A stretch of 64,000 nucleotides of DNA from Chara braunii (GCA_003427395.1 BFEA01000001.1:2284312-2348311), one strand, 5' to 3'; numbered from the stretch's first letter, positions 36,688 to 49,265 are shown. Made by a program: numbers and translations. Notes: generated from the sequence alone by a model not told the origin.

Positions 36688-37675
36688 GGCTTGTCCTACC
36701 CGGGTAGGATGGATCAGTCGCTGTTTTCTTTGAGGGTTTCTGAACAGGAGGACGGACACCCTGGGTAGGGAAGACTCCGAATCCTGGCGTTTATTTGAAT
36801 GAGTTGAGGTGTATGTTTCTTCTGAGGGAACAAAGGCATAAGACTAAGCGTACCCTAGGGTTAGGGAAGCTTAGTCGTGAGCTATGAATCAACTGGTCAA
36901 CCAAAGTATAAAATCTTATACATATATTATAGAACTTATACTTCTGACAGACCGGGCACCCTGGGTAGGGAAGGCCAGTCAATAAGTCAGGTAGGACAAA
37001 AGAAAAAAATAAAATAGATGGAGAATAAAAACAAGGTAAGTGGGCAGACTGAACGTACCCTAGGGTTAGGGCGGTTCAGTTGTATGCTCGTAATAACACT
37101 AAGGAGCAGAGAGTTAGTATAAATCCGTTTTTATTTTCCCTTCTAAACAAAAAGGGCGGATTGGAAGTTCCATTAGTTGGAAAGGTCCGATCGACTGCCT
37201 AACAAGAGAAGGAAAAAGTTTGTGCAAGTATTCGTATCATATTAACTGTTGTATGACTAACTAGGCGTACCCTAGGGTTAGGGCGGCCTAATGATATGCT
37301 TTTGTCGTTGATGTGATGTAAGTTGGACGTACCCTAGGGTTAGGCCGGTCCAACTTTTTGTCGATTGTACTTACGTTCAGGCAAGTTAGGCTTACCCCTG
37401 GGTAGGGATGATCTAATTTTATGCCATATGTAACCTTGTTTAAGGCAAACTGGGCACACCCGAGGGTTAGGGCAGCCCAATCCTATGCTTCATGTCGTTA
37501 AGTTGGCAGAAGTCAGGTGTACCCTAAGGGTTAGGGCGGTCTGGTCATATGCATTACGTATATGGTTCATGTTATGTGGGCACACCCTAGGGTTAGGGCA
37601 GTCCAGTTGTGCGTACCTTTACTTGTTTACTTAGGCAGGTTGTGCATACCCTTAAGTTAGGGCATTGTTTGATCA
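36688..37675 (+). repeat. Hairpin array, variable stems around a 19-nt core GTACCCTAGGGTTAGGGCG
   Basis: About a dozen units; clearest at 36842-36876, 37048-37080, 37262-37290, 37320-37356 and 37451-37479. Confidence 0.88.
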
Positions 37676-38842
37676 TATGCCATAGGCAAGGGTGTTACTG
37701 ATGGAGAAGAACTGAGTGATCTAACGAACTACTTGGGTCAAACTGATGTGGCATTGTGAGAGATGTTTGTTTATGCATGCTTGTGGACTCTCACTCTGGG
37801 GCGTCTTTTTTGATAGGTTAGCTGCTTAGACGCTCGACAAGTGCTGGAGCCATAGGTAGATGAGATGGATGATTGGAGGGGAAACTTGGGACAAAGATAG
37901 GGTTGTCCTTACTTGAAGTCAGAGTTGACGATAGCTCACGATACCATCTTCTAAAAGGGGATTATGTAAACTATCTTCAAGCCTAAGTATCAAGTAAGTG
38001 TCAGAAGTTAGTCCCAAGTATAACTTTGCTTTGTCTTTCTGTTTTCAACTTTGTATAAATTTTGGCAGCCTCCTGTTCCTACGGGAAGCGCTGCCGAAAT
38101 TTTTACAAATCTGAAAGAGTAAGTTAATTTTGGACTCGTAGAAACTATGGAAAGACACTTTTCCTACGGGAAGCGCTGCCGAAATTTTGTAGAATTTAGA
38201 GCGTTAGATTATTTTCAGCTAGGAGAAATCTGGCAATCCATCCTGTTTAGGGGATATGCTACCGGAATTTCTTACATTTTTAGATGAACATCAGAGGTTA
38301 GTTAGAATGGTAGGATTATTTCTTGATCACTCAAGCATGGCTTGGGTACTGGCTTGTGCTGCATTGCAGGTCACCTTTATTCATATTGATTCAAGGCTTG
38401 ACTATCTTCAAGCTGGTCCTACAAGGATCACCTTCTGTTATCCTTTGATAACAGGTCGGTTTCCGACTCAACTCTAATTCACTCTCGCTACTCAACCTAA
38501 AGGCCTTAGCCCCTGTGGATTGAAATGTTTCTTTTGGTTCTTTACCCAGACTTTATTGAATGGCCATTTAAAAAGGACCGAGTACTTTATTTTGGGAGGT
38601 TGGACAGAGGTTGGGGTTTGTATGGTTAAGGCAAAGGGGTGTCAGCGCAGAGAATGATTGAAGTTGACCCCGTGTAGTGCATGGACTTTTGGTTGAATTT
38701 TTGATGTGATTGCAGGTATGTTTGGTGATTCGGACTTTGGATTTGACTACCTACGATCACTAAGGTATATATGGCTGAGAGGAATCCCACTGTGATTGTG
38801 AGAAGTGATCGTCACATATTTATAACCTTCTATAAATATATG

Positions 38843-40302
38843 GAGGGTTGTCGAGCCCCGGCCCCGGGGCCCCGGCGGGGGTCCCGGGGGCCGGGGGTCG
38901 GCACCCCTGGCCCCGGCAAAAAAAGTGGAAAAAAAAAATAAAAAAAAATTAAAAATACAGGGGTTTGCGCAGCCGCAGCCTGCACCCCCTGGGCCAAACT
39001 GCGATATTGCAGTTTTGGCCCGACCTCGCCCCCCCCCCCGGGCTACATCCCCCCCATGTAGTGCGGGCGCGGGGCCGGGGACGAGGCCCAGCGGGTGCGG
39101 GGCCGGGGTTGCCTGGCAGCGGGGGCGGGGGTGCGGGGTCTGGGCAGGGGCGGAGGTACGGGGCTGGGTGTGCGGGGGGTGGNNNNNNNNNNNNNNNNNN
39201 NNNNNNNNNNNNNNNNNNNNNNNNNNNNNNNNNNNNNNNNNNNNNNNNNNNNNNNNNNNNNNNNNNNNNNNNNNNNNNNNNNNNNNNNNNNNNNNNNNNN
39301 NNNNNNNNNNNNNNNNNNNNNNNNNNNNNNNNNNNNNNNNNNNNNNNNNNNNNNNNNNNNNNNNNNNNNNNNNNNNNNNNNNNNNNNNNNNNNNNNNNNN
39401 NNNNNNNNNNNNNNNNNNNNNNNNNNNNNNNNNNNNNNNNNNNNNNNNNNNNNNNNNNNNNNNNNNNNNNNNNNNNNNNNNNNNNNNNNNNNNNNNNNNN
39501 NNNNNNNNNNNNNNNNNNNNNNNNNNNNNNNNNNNNNNNNNNNNNNNNNNNNNNNNNNNNNNNNNNNNNNNNNNNNNNNNNNNNNNNNNNNNNNNNNNNN
39601 NNNNNNNNNNNNNNNNNNNNNNNNNNNNNNNNNNNNNNNNNNNNNNNNNNNNNNNNNNNNNNNNNNNNNNNNNNNNNNNNNNNNNNNNNNNNNNNNNNNN
39701 NNNNNNNNNNNNNNNNNNNNNNNNNNNNNNNNNNNNNNNNNNNNNNNNNNNNNNNNNNNNNNNNNNNNNNNNNNNNNNNNNNNNNNNNNNNNNNNNNNNN
39801 NNNNNNNNNNNNNNNNNNNNNNNNNNNNNNNNNNNNNNNNNNNNNNNNNNNNNNNNNNNNNNNNNNNNNNNNNNNNNNNNNNNNNNNNNNNNNNNNNNNN
39901 NNNNNNNNNNNNNNNNNNNNNNNNNNNNNNNNNNNNNNNNNNNNNNNNNNNNNNNNNNNNNNNNNNNNNNNNNNNNNNNNNNNNNNNNNNNNNNNNNNNN
40001 AAAAACAAAAAAAAAACAGCAGAATGAATCTTCTGCTGAAACATGGAACCATACACCGCCATATGCTATGTCTTTTGTGCATTTGGTGAGTAGTGGAGCA
40101 GGCCCTACTGGACGTATTCGTAAGAAAACAAAAACAAAAAAACGAGAGAGCAGAATGAATCTTCTGCTGAAACATGGAACCATACACCGCCATATGCTAT
40201 GTCTTTCGTGCATTTGGTGAGTAGTGGAGCAAGCCCCACTGGGTGTTCGCACGACCTATTATATATGTACATACATACGCGTTGGGTGTTCGCACGACCT
40301 AT
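38843..40302. mobile_element. Secondary insertion(s) in unit B spanning an N-gap
   Basis: Very GC-rich left end and a 131-bp tandem duplication at 40020-40241. No counterpart in unit A. Confidence 0.5.
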
Positions 40303-40923
40303 TGTGACTGCGTGCAAAGGTTAAACAGGTTATACTTTGAGGGAAAAGGGAGATTCCTCTTTCATCCTTTTAACTTTTAGAATTTTATAGTTGGACGTTA
40401 TAGTCCGTGGCAGCTGTCAAAGTCAAACCCCTTGATTTCTCTCCAGGCCCTGGATGATGGAGCTTGCCTCCTAGGCCACGAGAGCTGACTGCCACCACAG
40501 GCATGAAACTGTGTACCACCCACTCTCTGCAGGGTACAAAAGAGGGTGTGGTTCTCAAATCGCACTTGGCGGTTGTCCAACGTTGAGAGATTAACCCTCA
40601 AGACGCGTGTCAACCGACACTTGAGTGTCGAACGCGACCCTCGAGATTAACGAGGACCGCATGAGTATGGGTACTATATGGTACGCCATCATTGCGACCG
40701 CTTGCATACGCTTGCATTGCGAGTCGATATAAGTTAACCTTACGTCCGCGCGATTTTATACTAAGTCTTACACGCGACGCCTAACCGAATTCTGGCTTAG
40801 AAAGTTATGGGTCAGATACTGAAGGGACTAGGAGTGTTGTTGTGTTGCTGTGTTATTTGTTTTTTGTCTTTTTCATGTGTGTGAATGTTGTGATGTACAG
40901 CGTGGTCTGTGTGATTCGTCCTA

Positions 40924-41028
40924 CCTTCTTCCCTCAAATACAACGTACGGTTATTATAGCTGTATTTGAGCCATCTTTCAGTCTAGATACAACTATAATG
41001 ACCGTACGTTGTATTCGGGGGAAGAAGG
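40924..41028. mobile_element. 105-bp Tc1/mariner-type foldback MITE with TA TSD
   Basis: ~45-bp TIRs CCTTCTTCCC..AATACAACGTACGG; TA at 40922-3 and 41029-30. The empty site GCGTCCTAGTCGACCGGCG is present in unit A (TA at 41677-8). Confidence 0.9.
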
Positions 41029-42096
41029 TAGTCAACCGGCGTTGAGTCGCATTTGGGACCTCAGCCCCCTTGTGCGTCGATTCGTGTACGGGTTCGATTC
41101 TGGGCGTTAACCGCACGTACCCCCTATGCTACAGCGAACGAGAAACGCCCTCGGTTGGGCCACCTCTGCGATTGCATACCAAAAGCCTTCGCATATGGTT
41201 CAGTAGCTTGGCGGGGATACGCCCACCTAAGGGATGGTGACAACTCCCGCAGGTGGAGGTAAGTGGTGCCTCGCGTGACCCTGTCCTGTCGTAGGGGCTC
41301 GCGAGAGGTACGGCTGGCGCACTCGGCCGGAGCGGCAAAACGCTCTCCGCGACAAGTCCTGCCAAATCCTGCGTGACGCGGCCGGGAGGGTCCCCGTGCG
41401 GGACCGATGCGCTCGACAACGCCATCCTTAAGACTGTTTGCGTATGCTTGCTTTGCGAGTCGATATGAGACTAGCCCTGCGTCCATGCGGTTTTATACTA
41501 AGTCTCGCGCGCGACGCCTATCCAATTTCCGCGTCAGAAAGTTATGGGATGACTACTAAGGGACTAGGAGTGTTGTCGCGTTGTTTGTTTTGTGTCGTTT
41601 TGTGTATATGTATGTGTGCATGTTTTAATTGTTATGTTTTTAGAGTGGTGTACGCGTAGGGGTGTGAGATGCGTCCTAGTCGACCGGCGATGAGTTGCGC
41701 TTGGGACCTCATCCCCCCAAGGCGTCGGTTCGTGTGCGGGTCCGATAGAGGCGTAAAACCGCGAGTACCCCCTATGCTATAGCGAACGAGAAACGCCCTC
41801 GGCTGGTCCACCTCTGCGATTGCAGCTGATTAGCTTTCGTACTGTGGACTGGTAGCTCGGCGGGGATACGCCCACCGAAGGGAGGTGACAACTCTCGTAA
41901 GGTGGAGGTAAGTCGTGCCTCGCGTAGGCCCTATCCTTTCGTAGGGGCTCACGAGAGGTATGGCTTGCGCGCTCGGCAGGAGCGGCTTGCGGAAGCTCCA
42001 TTATGTATTCGCGATGAGGATCAGACCAACTCCTGCATGACGCGGCCGGGAGGGTCCTGCCCCGTTTTGTGCGGTGCCAGACCGATGCGCTCGACA

Positions 42097-43870
42097 CCGT
42101 GACCCGATGACACGGGTCGCTGAGATTAGATGGCTTAGTGGCAACAATGCCTTAGAGTCGTACATCACGACATTCCACCGCGCTCGCGCCCAAATTCCCC
42201 CCTCCCTCATACCCGACGACGCTATGGTCCAGTATTTCCGTTCCGGGTTACCCCAACCCTTCCAACTTTAGATGTTGGCATACACAGTCCAGACACTCCC
42301 TGAGGCCTTCAACATTGCGAGGGCCATCCAGCTCACCTATGCACCTCTTGTGGGCTCTACATTTGAGCCTGGTGCTGCACCTCCCGCTGCCACGTCTGCC
42401 CATAACACATCTCGCCCCCGACAGTTTTCCACGTCTCGTCGTGGCCCCCGTCGAGTTCCTGGACGCGCCTTCTTCCGCCGTGTCCAGACTACGCTCCACA
42501 AGTTGTCGAGCACTGAGGAGGGTACTAGTTGGGATGGATCCCATAATGACCCAAACCAAGGACATCACCCCCAGTCTCCTGTGGATGGTGACAATCCCGA
42601 CCAGGAAGAGCACCACGTCCGCGCCTTCTCTGCTTTCCTCAGGCAGCGCCAGTCCTCCTCATCAAGGACCCGCTCATCGGCCACACAACATCCCCTCCCA
42701 TCGGGCTACGTCTTCCCCCGGACCCAATTGACTATCGCAGAAAGTGAGGACTTCCGTACACGAGGTATATGTACCCGTTGTCGCCTACCTGGTCACACTC
42801 CGTTCACCTCTCCCTACGCCGACGCCCTCCAACGTCACTTTGCTCAGCAGTCCCGCCCTCGGCCTGACCCCCCCATTTCGACCTCCAGCGCCGCAACCAC
42901 TTATCGGCTATCTCCCGTCCCCCTGATCCTCCTACAGTGGCAGGCATACCCGCTCGTGATTCTACCTTCGCGCCGCTTGCTACTCTTTCTGAGGACTCGG
43001 GCCTGACCTCACTGTTGGTTGATCCTAGCGATGTTGGTGCACCCTCCCCTTCTTTGGCTAGCGTCTCTCGTGATCCTCCTCCTCGTCCTCCTACTAGGCA
43101 TGATCTAGGCACGGCCCGCTGCGGTGCTTCCCTTGTCGCAACCAAGGATATCATCGATTTCCTGGACCTCAAGTGCGTTAAGGTCCACCAGGAACGTTTC
43201 TGCCTCAGAGAACATACCCTATCTGCGATGTCTCAGCACCTACACAATCCCGATCGCACCTTACTGATTATTCGAGTGCGCTTTGGGACCTCTACTAGAG
43301 TGTATCACGCACTATGGGACTCTGGCTCTACTGGCGACGTCATTCATCCTCACGTAGTTAAGGAGGCATCTCTCTATGCATCTACATAACCTTCTACTGT
43401 CACCGTTACACTTGGTGACAATCAGGCCAAGTCCTTGTCAACGCACGTCACTTCCAGCCCGAGGCCGACACGCTTCGGAAATTCAGACGTCGATATATCG
43501 GTCCATGCACTCTTCTTTCACCCACCGGACCTAATTATGACGGTCCAGTGAGCTTCAAATTGAAGTTCTTGAGTCCATGTATTGCGCTAACCTACATGAT
43601 GTGTCCAGGTATCTCTATTGCACCCCTTCAGACGGTCTCCCCCTGAGTTCCATGGTCGACCTTACCCTCGCCCCTCTCCCATCATCATTTAGGGTCACGA
43701 GGAGTTTATCGTCTCTGACATCGCGTCCCTGTGTATGACTGACGGTGACCCTCCCCACCTCGAGTATCTCGTTCGATGGAAGGGTTACCCTCGCGAGGAG
43801 TCTACTTGGGAGCCTCTCGAGCACCTGAAGCATGCTATGACTTTTGTGCGCGCTTACGATTGTGCTCATC
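42097..43870 (+). mobile_element. Internally deleted chromovirus-type gypsy: gag - PR - IN C-terminus - chromodomain
   Basis: gag (YITTFHRARAQI...YFRSGLP), knuckle-like CTRCRLPGH, protease ALWDSGST, KFRRRYIGP and VSLLHPF, chromodomain EYLVRWKGYPREESTWEPLEHL. Confidence 0.85.
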
Positions 43871-44089
43871 CTTTCCCTTTATCATCCTCCCCTCTTACTT
43901 CTCGTCCTTCTATTGACCCAGCTACTTCTGCGACCACTAACATCCCCCCTCCCCCATCAATGGGTCCTCCAGCTCCACCGGCACCTACCTCAGGTCCTCC
44001 TTCCCCTGTGGATGTGGTTCCGCCTGTTGTTGCAGTTGATTCCTCTCTCCCTCATTGTACCCATCGACTTCATTTTCGCTATCGTGACT

Positions 44090-45276
44090 GATCTACACCC
44101 CCTATACACTCTCTACCCTTTACTATTATTGGACACTTATGCTGCAGCTCCCGGTTTCGGCTTCTACATTCGACCTTCAACCTCAGTGCTTCTCTTCAGT
44201 ACCAAAGTACTTGTCGCAGTGTTCTGGACTTCTACTCGGTTTCTGCGTTACTCCTACTTCATCTTGGCTACTTCGACTCGACTTTAGTCTGGAGACTCAT
44301 CAGTTGGACTACTTCACTTTTTCAGCCACAGAGTTCTCATCTTTCCCGTCTATTGACCATCCTCGAGTTCACCCTCCAGTTGCATGATGACCCCTGTTTT
44401 CTCTGACCATATGGGTGTGTTTGTTTGTCGCCCTTTTGCCTTACCCTATGCTGCGCGCCCTCCTTCGCAGTGTACATTTTTCTTTGCTCGCAGCGCTTGG
44501 CCACATGTCTATGTTGGCATACCCCCCCTATCCTTCCAGGCTCACTTGTGTGCTCCCTTGTGTGAGTGCCCTTTTTCGTTTCAGTTGGCGGTGCTCATTT
44601 GATGGTTTCCATTGAGCCTGGTGTCGTGTTGTTATTCTCCATCAGAGCCTGATGATGTTTCATATGGTTGTGTGGGTACCCCCTTGGAGTTTACTCTGAG
44701 AGTTGTCCTTGCCGCCTCCCACCCATCCTTACCTTTCCCATGCGATTGAGCTCTTTGTCTTCTATTCGGCTGTTGTGTACTTGTACAAGGCACGTGAGAC
44801 TGTGCCACATTCTTTTTCGGTGTGGATATTGATGTTGTTACTTTTAGCCTTTAGGGCTCAGGTGTTAACTTATGCTCAGCCACATTGGCTTAGGAGATAT
44901 TTTTCTCTTTCTTGGCCGACACAGGTTAGACATTTTTTCGCTTTTTGGGTCAATTCAGACCAGACGTTATTGTTTAGACTAGGCTTGAGGCTTAGTCTGC
45001 ATTGCATCTCTTTTTCTGCACGGAGTTTGCTCCGCATTTAGGATTGTTTCTTTACTGTTCCTCTGGGTTTCCGCTATTTCAGCGGATAGCGTGTTGATGT
45101 ATTGCTTGATCCATTTACAGGTCCGAGGATCATGTAGCGGTACCCTTCAGCCCGGAAGTGAGGCCGGACCTGTTTCAGGCCGCTGACTTGACCCCGGTCC
45201 GTTACCGAGTTACTCCGGCCTAGACCAAGGCCGATATATCTCTCCGGCCCCGGTCCGTTACCGAGACCTTCCACCA
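44090..45276 (+). mobile_element. Probable 3' region/LTR of the deleted chromovirus
   Basis: Non-coding, follows the chromodomain, and ends in CA just before LINE sequence. No partner LTR is available to confirm. Confidence 0.35.
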
Positions 45277-45289
45277 CTGCAGTTCTTCA

Positions 45290-48215
45290 TAGTTCTGGCT
45301 CGATCTTCTGAGAATATTTACCCACGAGTCTGGATGGCTTGTATGATTGCTTGTCTATTCTCTTCGATCCTGCGCAGATTTCCTAGCTTTGTTCTGAGCT
45401 CTTCTCTGATCTTCCAGTCTTGTGTTTCATTGACCCATATGTGCCCGATCAACCAGATTCCTCTCTGCATCCATTTCAGGCCGAAACTACCTGGAGTTTT
45501 GGATGTCGAGAGGGTAGTTGCTGGCCGTCTCTGATTGCTGGATTCTCGAATAAGCAGGTGGCCAGTACCTCCTCTTTCGTGTTTGGATGCTCGATTGTCT
45601 GTGGCAGGATCTTGTGCTATGCTTTCATGATCTCCCTCCACGAGGGGGAGACCGTTCTCGCTGTGAAGGATGGCATTAGCATGGCATACGAAACTGCTTC
45701 GGGGTCCCTGAGACCCGAGTCTCTTGCCAGTAACTGTTCGCCATGTTGATCCAAGGCTGATCTTCCGTTGCTGTGAGGGCTCTGACTAGCCATTTGGACA
45801 GCAGGGCTTTGCTCTGTGTCTGAGGATCTAGTATTCCCAGGCATCAATCCTTGCGCTTTTCTGTAACCTTTTCCCAAGTTACCTTGCTCAGAGCAGATTG
45901 GGCTTCAGAATCACCTTTCCACAAGAATTGAGTAAGGAATCTACGGATGTTAGTTGCTGTCCAGACGGGATTCCTCTGACGGATAAAACATACCAGGATT
46001 TTGATAAAATTGTTGTGTTCATGACCATTGCTCATCCGAACAGAGAGAGAAAGTGTGTTTTAGACCATTGGGAACAAGCGTCTCTGATTTTATTCTCCAC
46101 CATGGCGATTTGGACTGGTGTGTTGTCCTCACAAGAGACTTGAATCCCAAGATATCATTCCGATTCTGAAGATGGTTTTACTGGTGTGCCTAGGTCTAGA
46201 GCTAGCGGTGACCCCTGGGGAGTGAGTGCCACTGATTTTTACCATCTCACTCTCATCTCCGAGACCACTTCATAGGTGTTGATACATTGTTGTAAGGCAC
46301 ATAGAGATTCAATGAAGTTTTTAGTAATGGCAGTAAAGTCATCGGCTAGTGCTGAGACTGAAATTGATAAGTTGGGTGTTATGGGGAGACCATTGAAGAA
46401 GGGGTGGTTTCTTACCATATTTAATAGTATTTCTAATTGAATTACGAAGAGTGAGGGTGCCAGAGGGCACCTTTGCCTTAGGGATCTAGTAACCAAGAAT
46501 GACTCTGAAACGAAACCGTTCACTAGTACTCTCCCACTTGCTCTGCAATACAGGGCTCTGACAAGTTTTCTGAAATTTTGCCCAAAACCGACCTTTTCCA
46601 GCACGGCCTGGACAAAATCCCTATTAACTCGATCATAAGCCTTTTGGAAATCGATCAAAATTACTGCTTTGTTAAGATTATTTATGTTGATCCAGTCAAT
46701 TGCCTATGAAACCCTCATCACATTATCCAGAACCTGTCGCCCCGGGACAAAACCAGATTGGTCGGGGTGGACTAGTTTTTGTAGGAAGGGGGATAATCTT
46801 CTGGAGAGAGTCTTAGCCAAGATTTTGCCTGAGACGTTTAGTAGTGAGATAGGGCGATAGTTTCTAACGTCACTCCATCCCCTTTCTTATGAAGTAGTGT
46901 GATTATGCCCTCTGCAGTTCTAGGACCTAAGGGGGCATATGAGAGTATTTGGTTGAATACTCTGAGTAGATCGGGGGCAAGTAGGACCCAAAATCTCAAA
47001 GAGAATTCCATTGGGAGACCGTCTGGGTGCTGGGCATTTACCCTTGGCCATATTGTTGGTCGTTTCAGTTAGTTCCTTCATGGTGATTGGCTTATCCAAA
47101 ATAATATTTTCTGATCCATTTAAGAGTTTCCTAGTGGAGCTCCACAATAGTTGTTCCAAGTCAGGTGGGACCAAAGGTGCTCCCTGTTCCCTTTCAGATG
47201 TTAGTAGTTCCTTGTAGAAGGCCAGCACATAGTTGCAGATGTCCTCGGACCTTCTCGCCGTAGGTCGTGTCTGATCTGATGGGTGTTTCATCTCGACCAT
47301 GAGTGGGTTCCCGCTTCTTGATTTAAATGCTGCAAACGTTTTTTGTTCATTCTGTCTGTCTGTGTGATTTTGTCTATGCTTCTGTATTTCTCCCACAGAT
47401 TATGCTTTTGTATCTATAAGTTCTACCATTCCTGGAGCCAACGGGTCCTTCTGTGCGCCCATACGCACTCCGAGAAGTAGCAGTCCAGGTTCTTTTTTTT
47501 TGCCTTTTCGATTTTCCTTCTTAATTTGATTTCTTCGTATTTCCTGTTTGTGGCTTTGACCCTTGAGATAATGTTGAGTTGTCCTGAGATCAGGGTAAGG
47601 CCTTTGTCTAGCCACTCCCCGTCACTTTCAAAGAGGTATGTGCTACATCGCTATTCTCCCATGTTCTCCAAACCCAATTTACTATTCCTGGGTCCTCTAG
47701 CACGTGAAGGCTTACCCTGAACAGACCTCGCCCTCTCGTGACCTGGGTATTCATGGTGAAGGTTACTGTTACTGGTTTATGATCTGACATTGGGTCCGGT
47801 ATGATATGTGTTTCTGCCACTAATAGCATGGCCTCTTGGTTTGTGAAGATAATGTCCAATCTTCGCCTAGTGTATCGCTTGTCGCTGGATGGGGTGGAAG
47901 AGACCCATCCGAAGTCTCCGACACTGGTTCTTGTTGATGTTTCAAACGAAAGGGGTCAAACAGTGCGTTGTCTGCGATGAAGTCAGAAAGGACGGCTGCC
48001 TCTTGAGGGTGAGATAGAGGGGTTGAGGAATCGAAGTCTGGGATGGGGACAGTATTCCAGTCCCCTCCAATGACTAAGAACTCCGATTGCAGTGAGTGAT
48101 CTTTGAGTGAAAGTAGGAAGGGGATTTTTTGGTTGTGGTATGATGGAGAGTAGACTGACATGAAGCACCAGTCTTGGTTATTGATTTGCATTCGCACCCA
48201 CACCCATTGGCTGAG
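45290..48215 (-). mobile_element. Decayed L1/Tx1-clade LINE ORF2 (APE endonuclease + RT)
   Basis: SVYSP, VIGGDWN, DIIF, SDHKPV (APE); NYRPISLLN, IDFQKAYDRV, LRQRCPLAPSLF, ALADDF (RT). Frameshifted and 5'-truncated at an insertion. Confidence 0.92.
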
Positions 48216-48304
48216 GGGGATGATGGGCCCTCCCGTTTTTGGTTTCTGGCGGGACTTGCTCGGGCAGGTAGTGGTAGCCACCGTTTTCAAAATAATCAGA
48301 AACA

Positions 48305-48885
48305 GGCCTCGCCGCACGGCACACAAAACGAAAAACGAAACGAGCACATCTTCCGGCAGAAAATGGCCAGGTTCGTCAGTTTGCTATACATAGTAACGAG
48401 TGTGTTTTTCCACCTTTCGTGGGCAGATGCACTCGTTTCGTTTTCATTCGAAAATGAAAACGAAACGAGTGCATCTGCCCACGAAAGGTGGAAAAATACA
48501 CTCGTTACTAAAATGAAAACGAAACGAGTGCATCTGCCCACGAAAGGTGGAAAAATACACTCGTTACTATTTATAGCAAACTGACGAACCTGGCCATTTT
48601 CTGCCAGAAGATGTGCTCCTTTCGTTTTTCGTTTCGTGCGCCGTGCGGCGAGGCCCACAGACGACTGAACTGAGAGATGGTGTGCTATCTCTCTCTCTCT
48701 CACGCCACCAGGTAGGTACAGGGCATCACCGCACGGGACACGAAACGAAAAACAAAACGAGTGGATCTTCCTGCAGAAAATGGCCAGGTTCATCGGGTTG
48801 CTATAAATAGTAAGGAGTGTATTTTGCCACCTTTCGTGGGCAGATGCATTCGTTTCGTTTTTGTTTCAAGTGCTGTGCGGCGAGA
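48305..48885. repeat. Foldback-like structure of ~150-bp units (forward, reverse, forward)
   Basis: Near-perfect palindrome 48305-48655 centred at ~48449, with a 60-bp duplication in one arm; third unit at ~48728-48885. Confidence 0.85.
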
Positions 48886-49148
48886 CCCACAACTCCACTC
48901 CCTCTCGTCCACGCTTCTTCTCCTTTCTTTCCCCGTCATCTTTCCCTGTCTCCTCCCCTTCATCTTTCCCTGTCTCCTCCCTCCTTGTCACTTTTCCCCG
49001 TACTCAACTTCCCATAATAAGGCTCCGCGCTCATGTACCTGGCCCTGATTCAGGCCATAGAGGACGCGGCTCAGGTCAGGATAACGTGCTCGCTACCCAA
49101 AAAAAAAAAAAAAACCGAAAACAAAGATGAAAAGAAAGAGTATAAAAA

Positions 49149-49265
49149 GGCGTACTCACACTAGCAGTATCTCAAATGTATCTGATCGCATTCACGCCAT
49201 ACCTGGATGTATCTGGCCACAGTTCCGTCCAAAAATACGCAAAAACGTAGTAGTGTGAGTATGCC
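49149..49265. mobile_element. Possible 117-bp MITE
   Basis: 15-bp inverted repeats GGCGTACTCACACTA / TAGTGTGAGTATGCC; TSD unclear. Confidence 0.4.

Larger units (their letters stand above)
32368..41418 (+). mobile_element. Giant solo-LTR-like unit B, nested in unit A
   Basis: TGTCG...CGACA termini; 4-bp TSD ACGC at 32364-32367 and 41419-41422. Removing B restores unit A collinear with B's own GTACGCCATC at 40681. Confidence 0.85.
26052..42096 (+). mobile_element. Giant solo-LTR-like unit A (~7.0 kb: 26052-32367 plus 41423-42096), split by unit B
   Basis: TGTCG...CGACA termini; collinear with unit B at all compared blocks; no gag/pol. Flanks AGAC/CCGT do not form a TSD. Confidence 0.75.

Noticed and set aside
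36840-37600. Interstitial telomere (TAGGGTTAGGG)
   Set aside because: At most two repeats per unit, always embedded in a hairpin, and the sister array has a non-telomeric core. Telo-box-like binding is not excluded.
36688-37675. CRISPR array (regularly spaced palindromic repeats)
   Set aside because: Eukaryotic TE context, no cas genes, irregular spacing, and the paired arms vary between units rather than being part of an identical repeat.
26052-42096. Head-to-tail rolling-circle (Helitron/Replitron) array ending in ACGCCATC
   Set aside because: Better explained by one TG...CA unit nested in another with an ACGC TSD; no HUH or helicase ORF.
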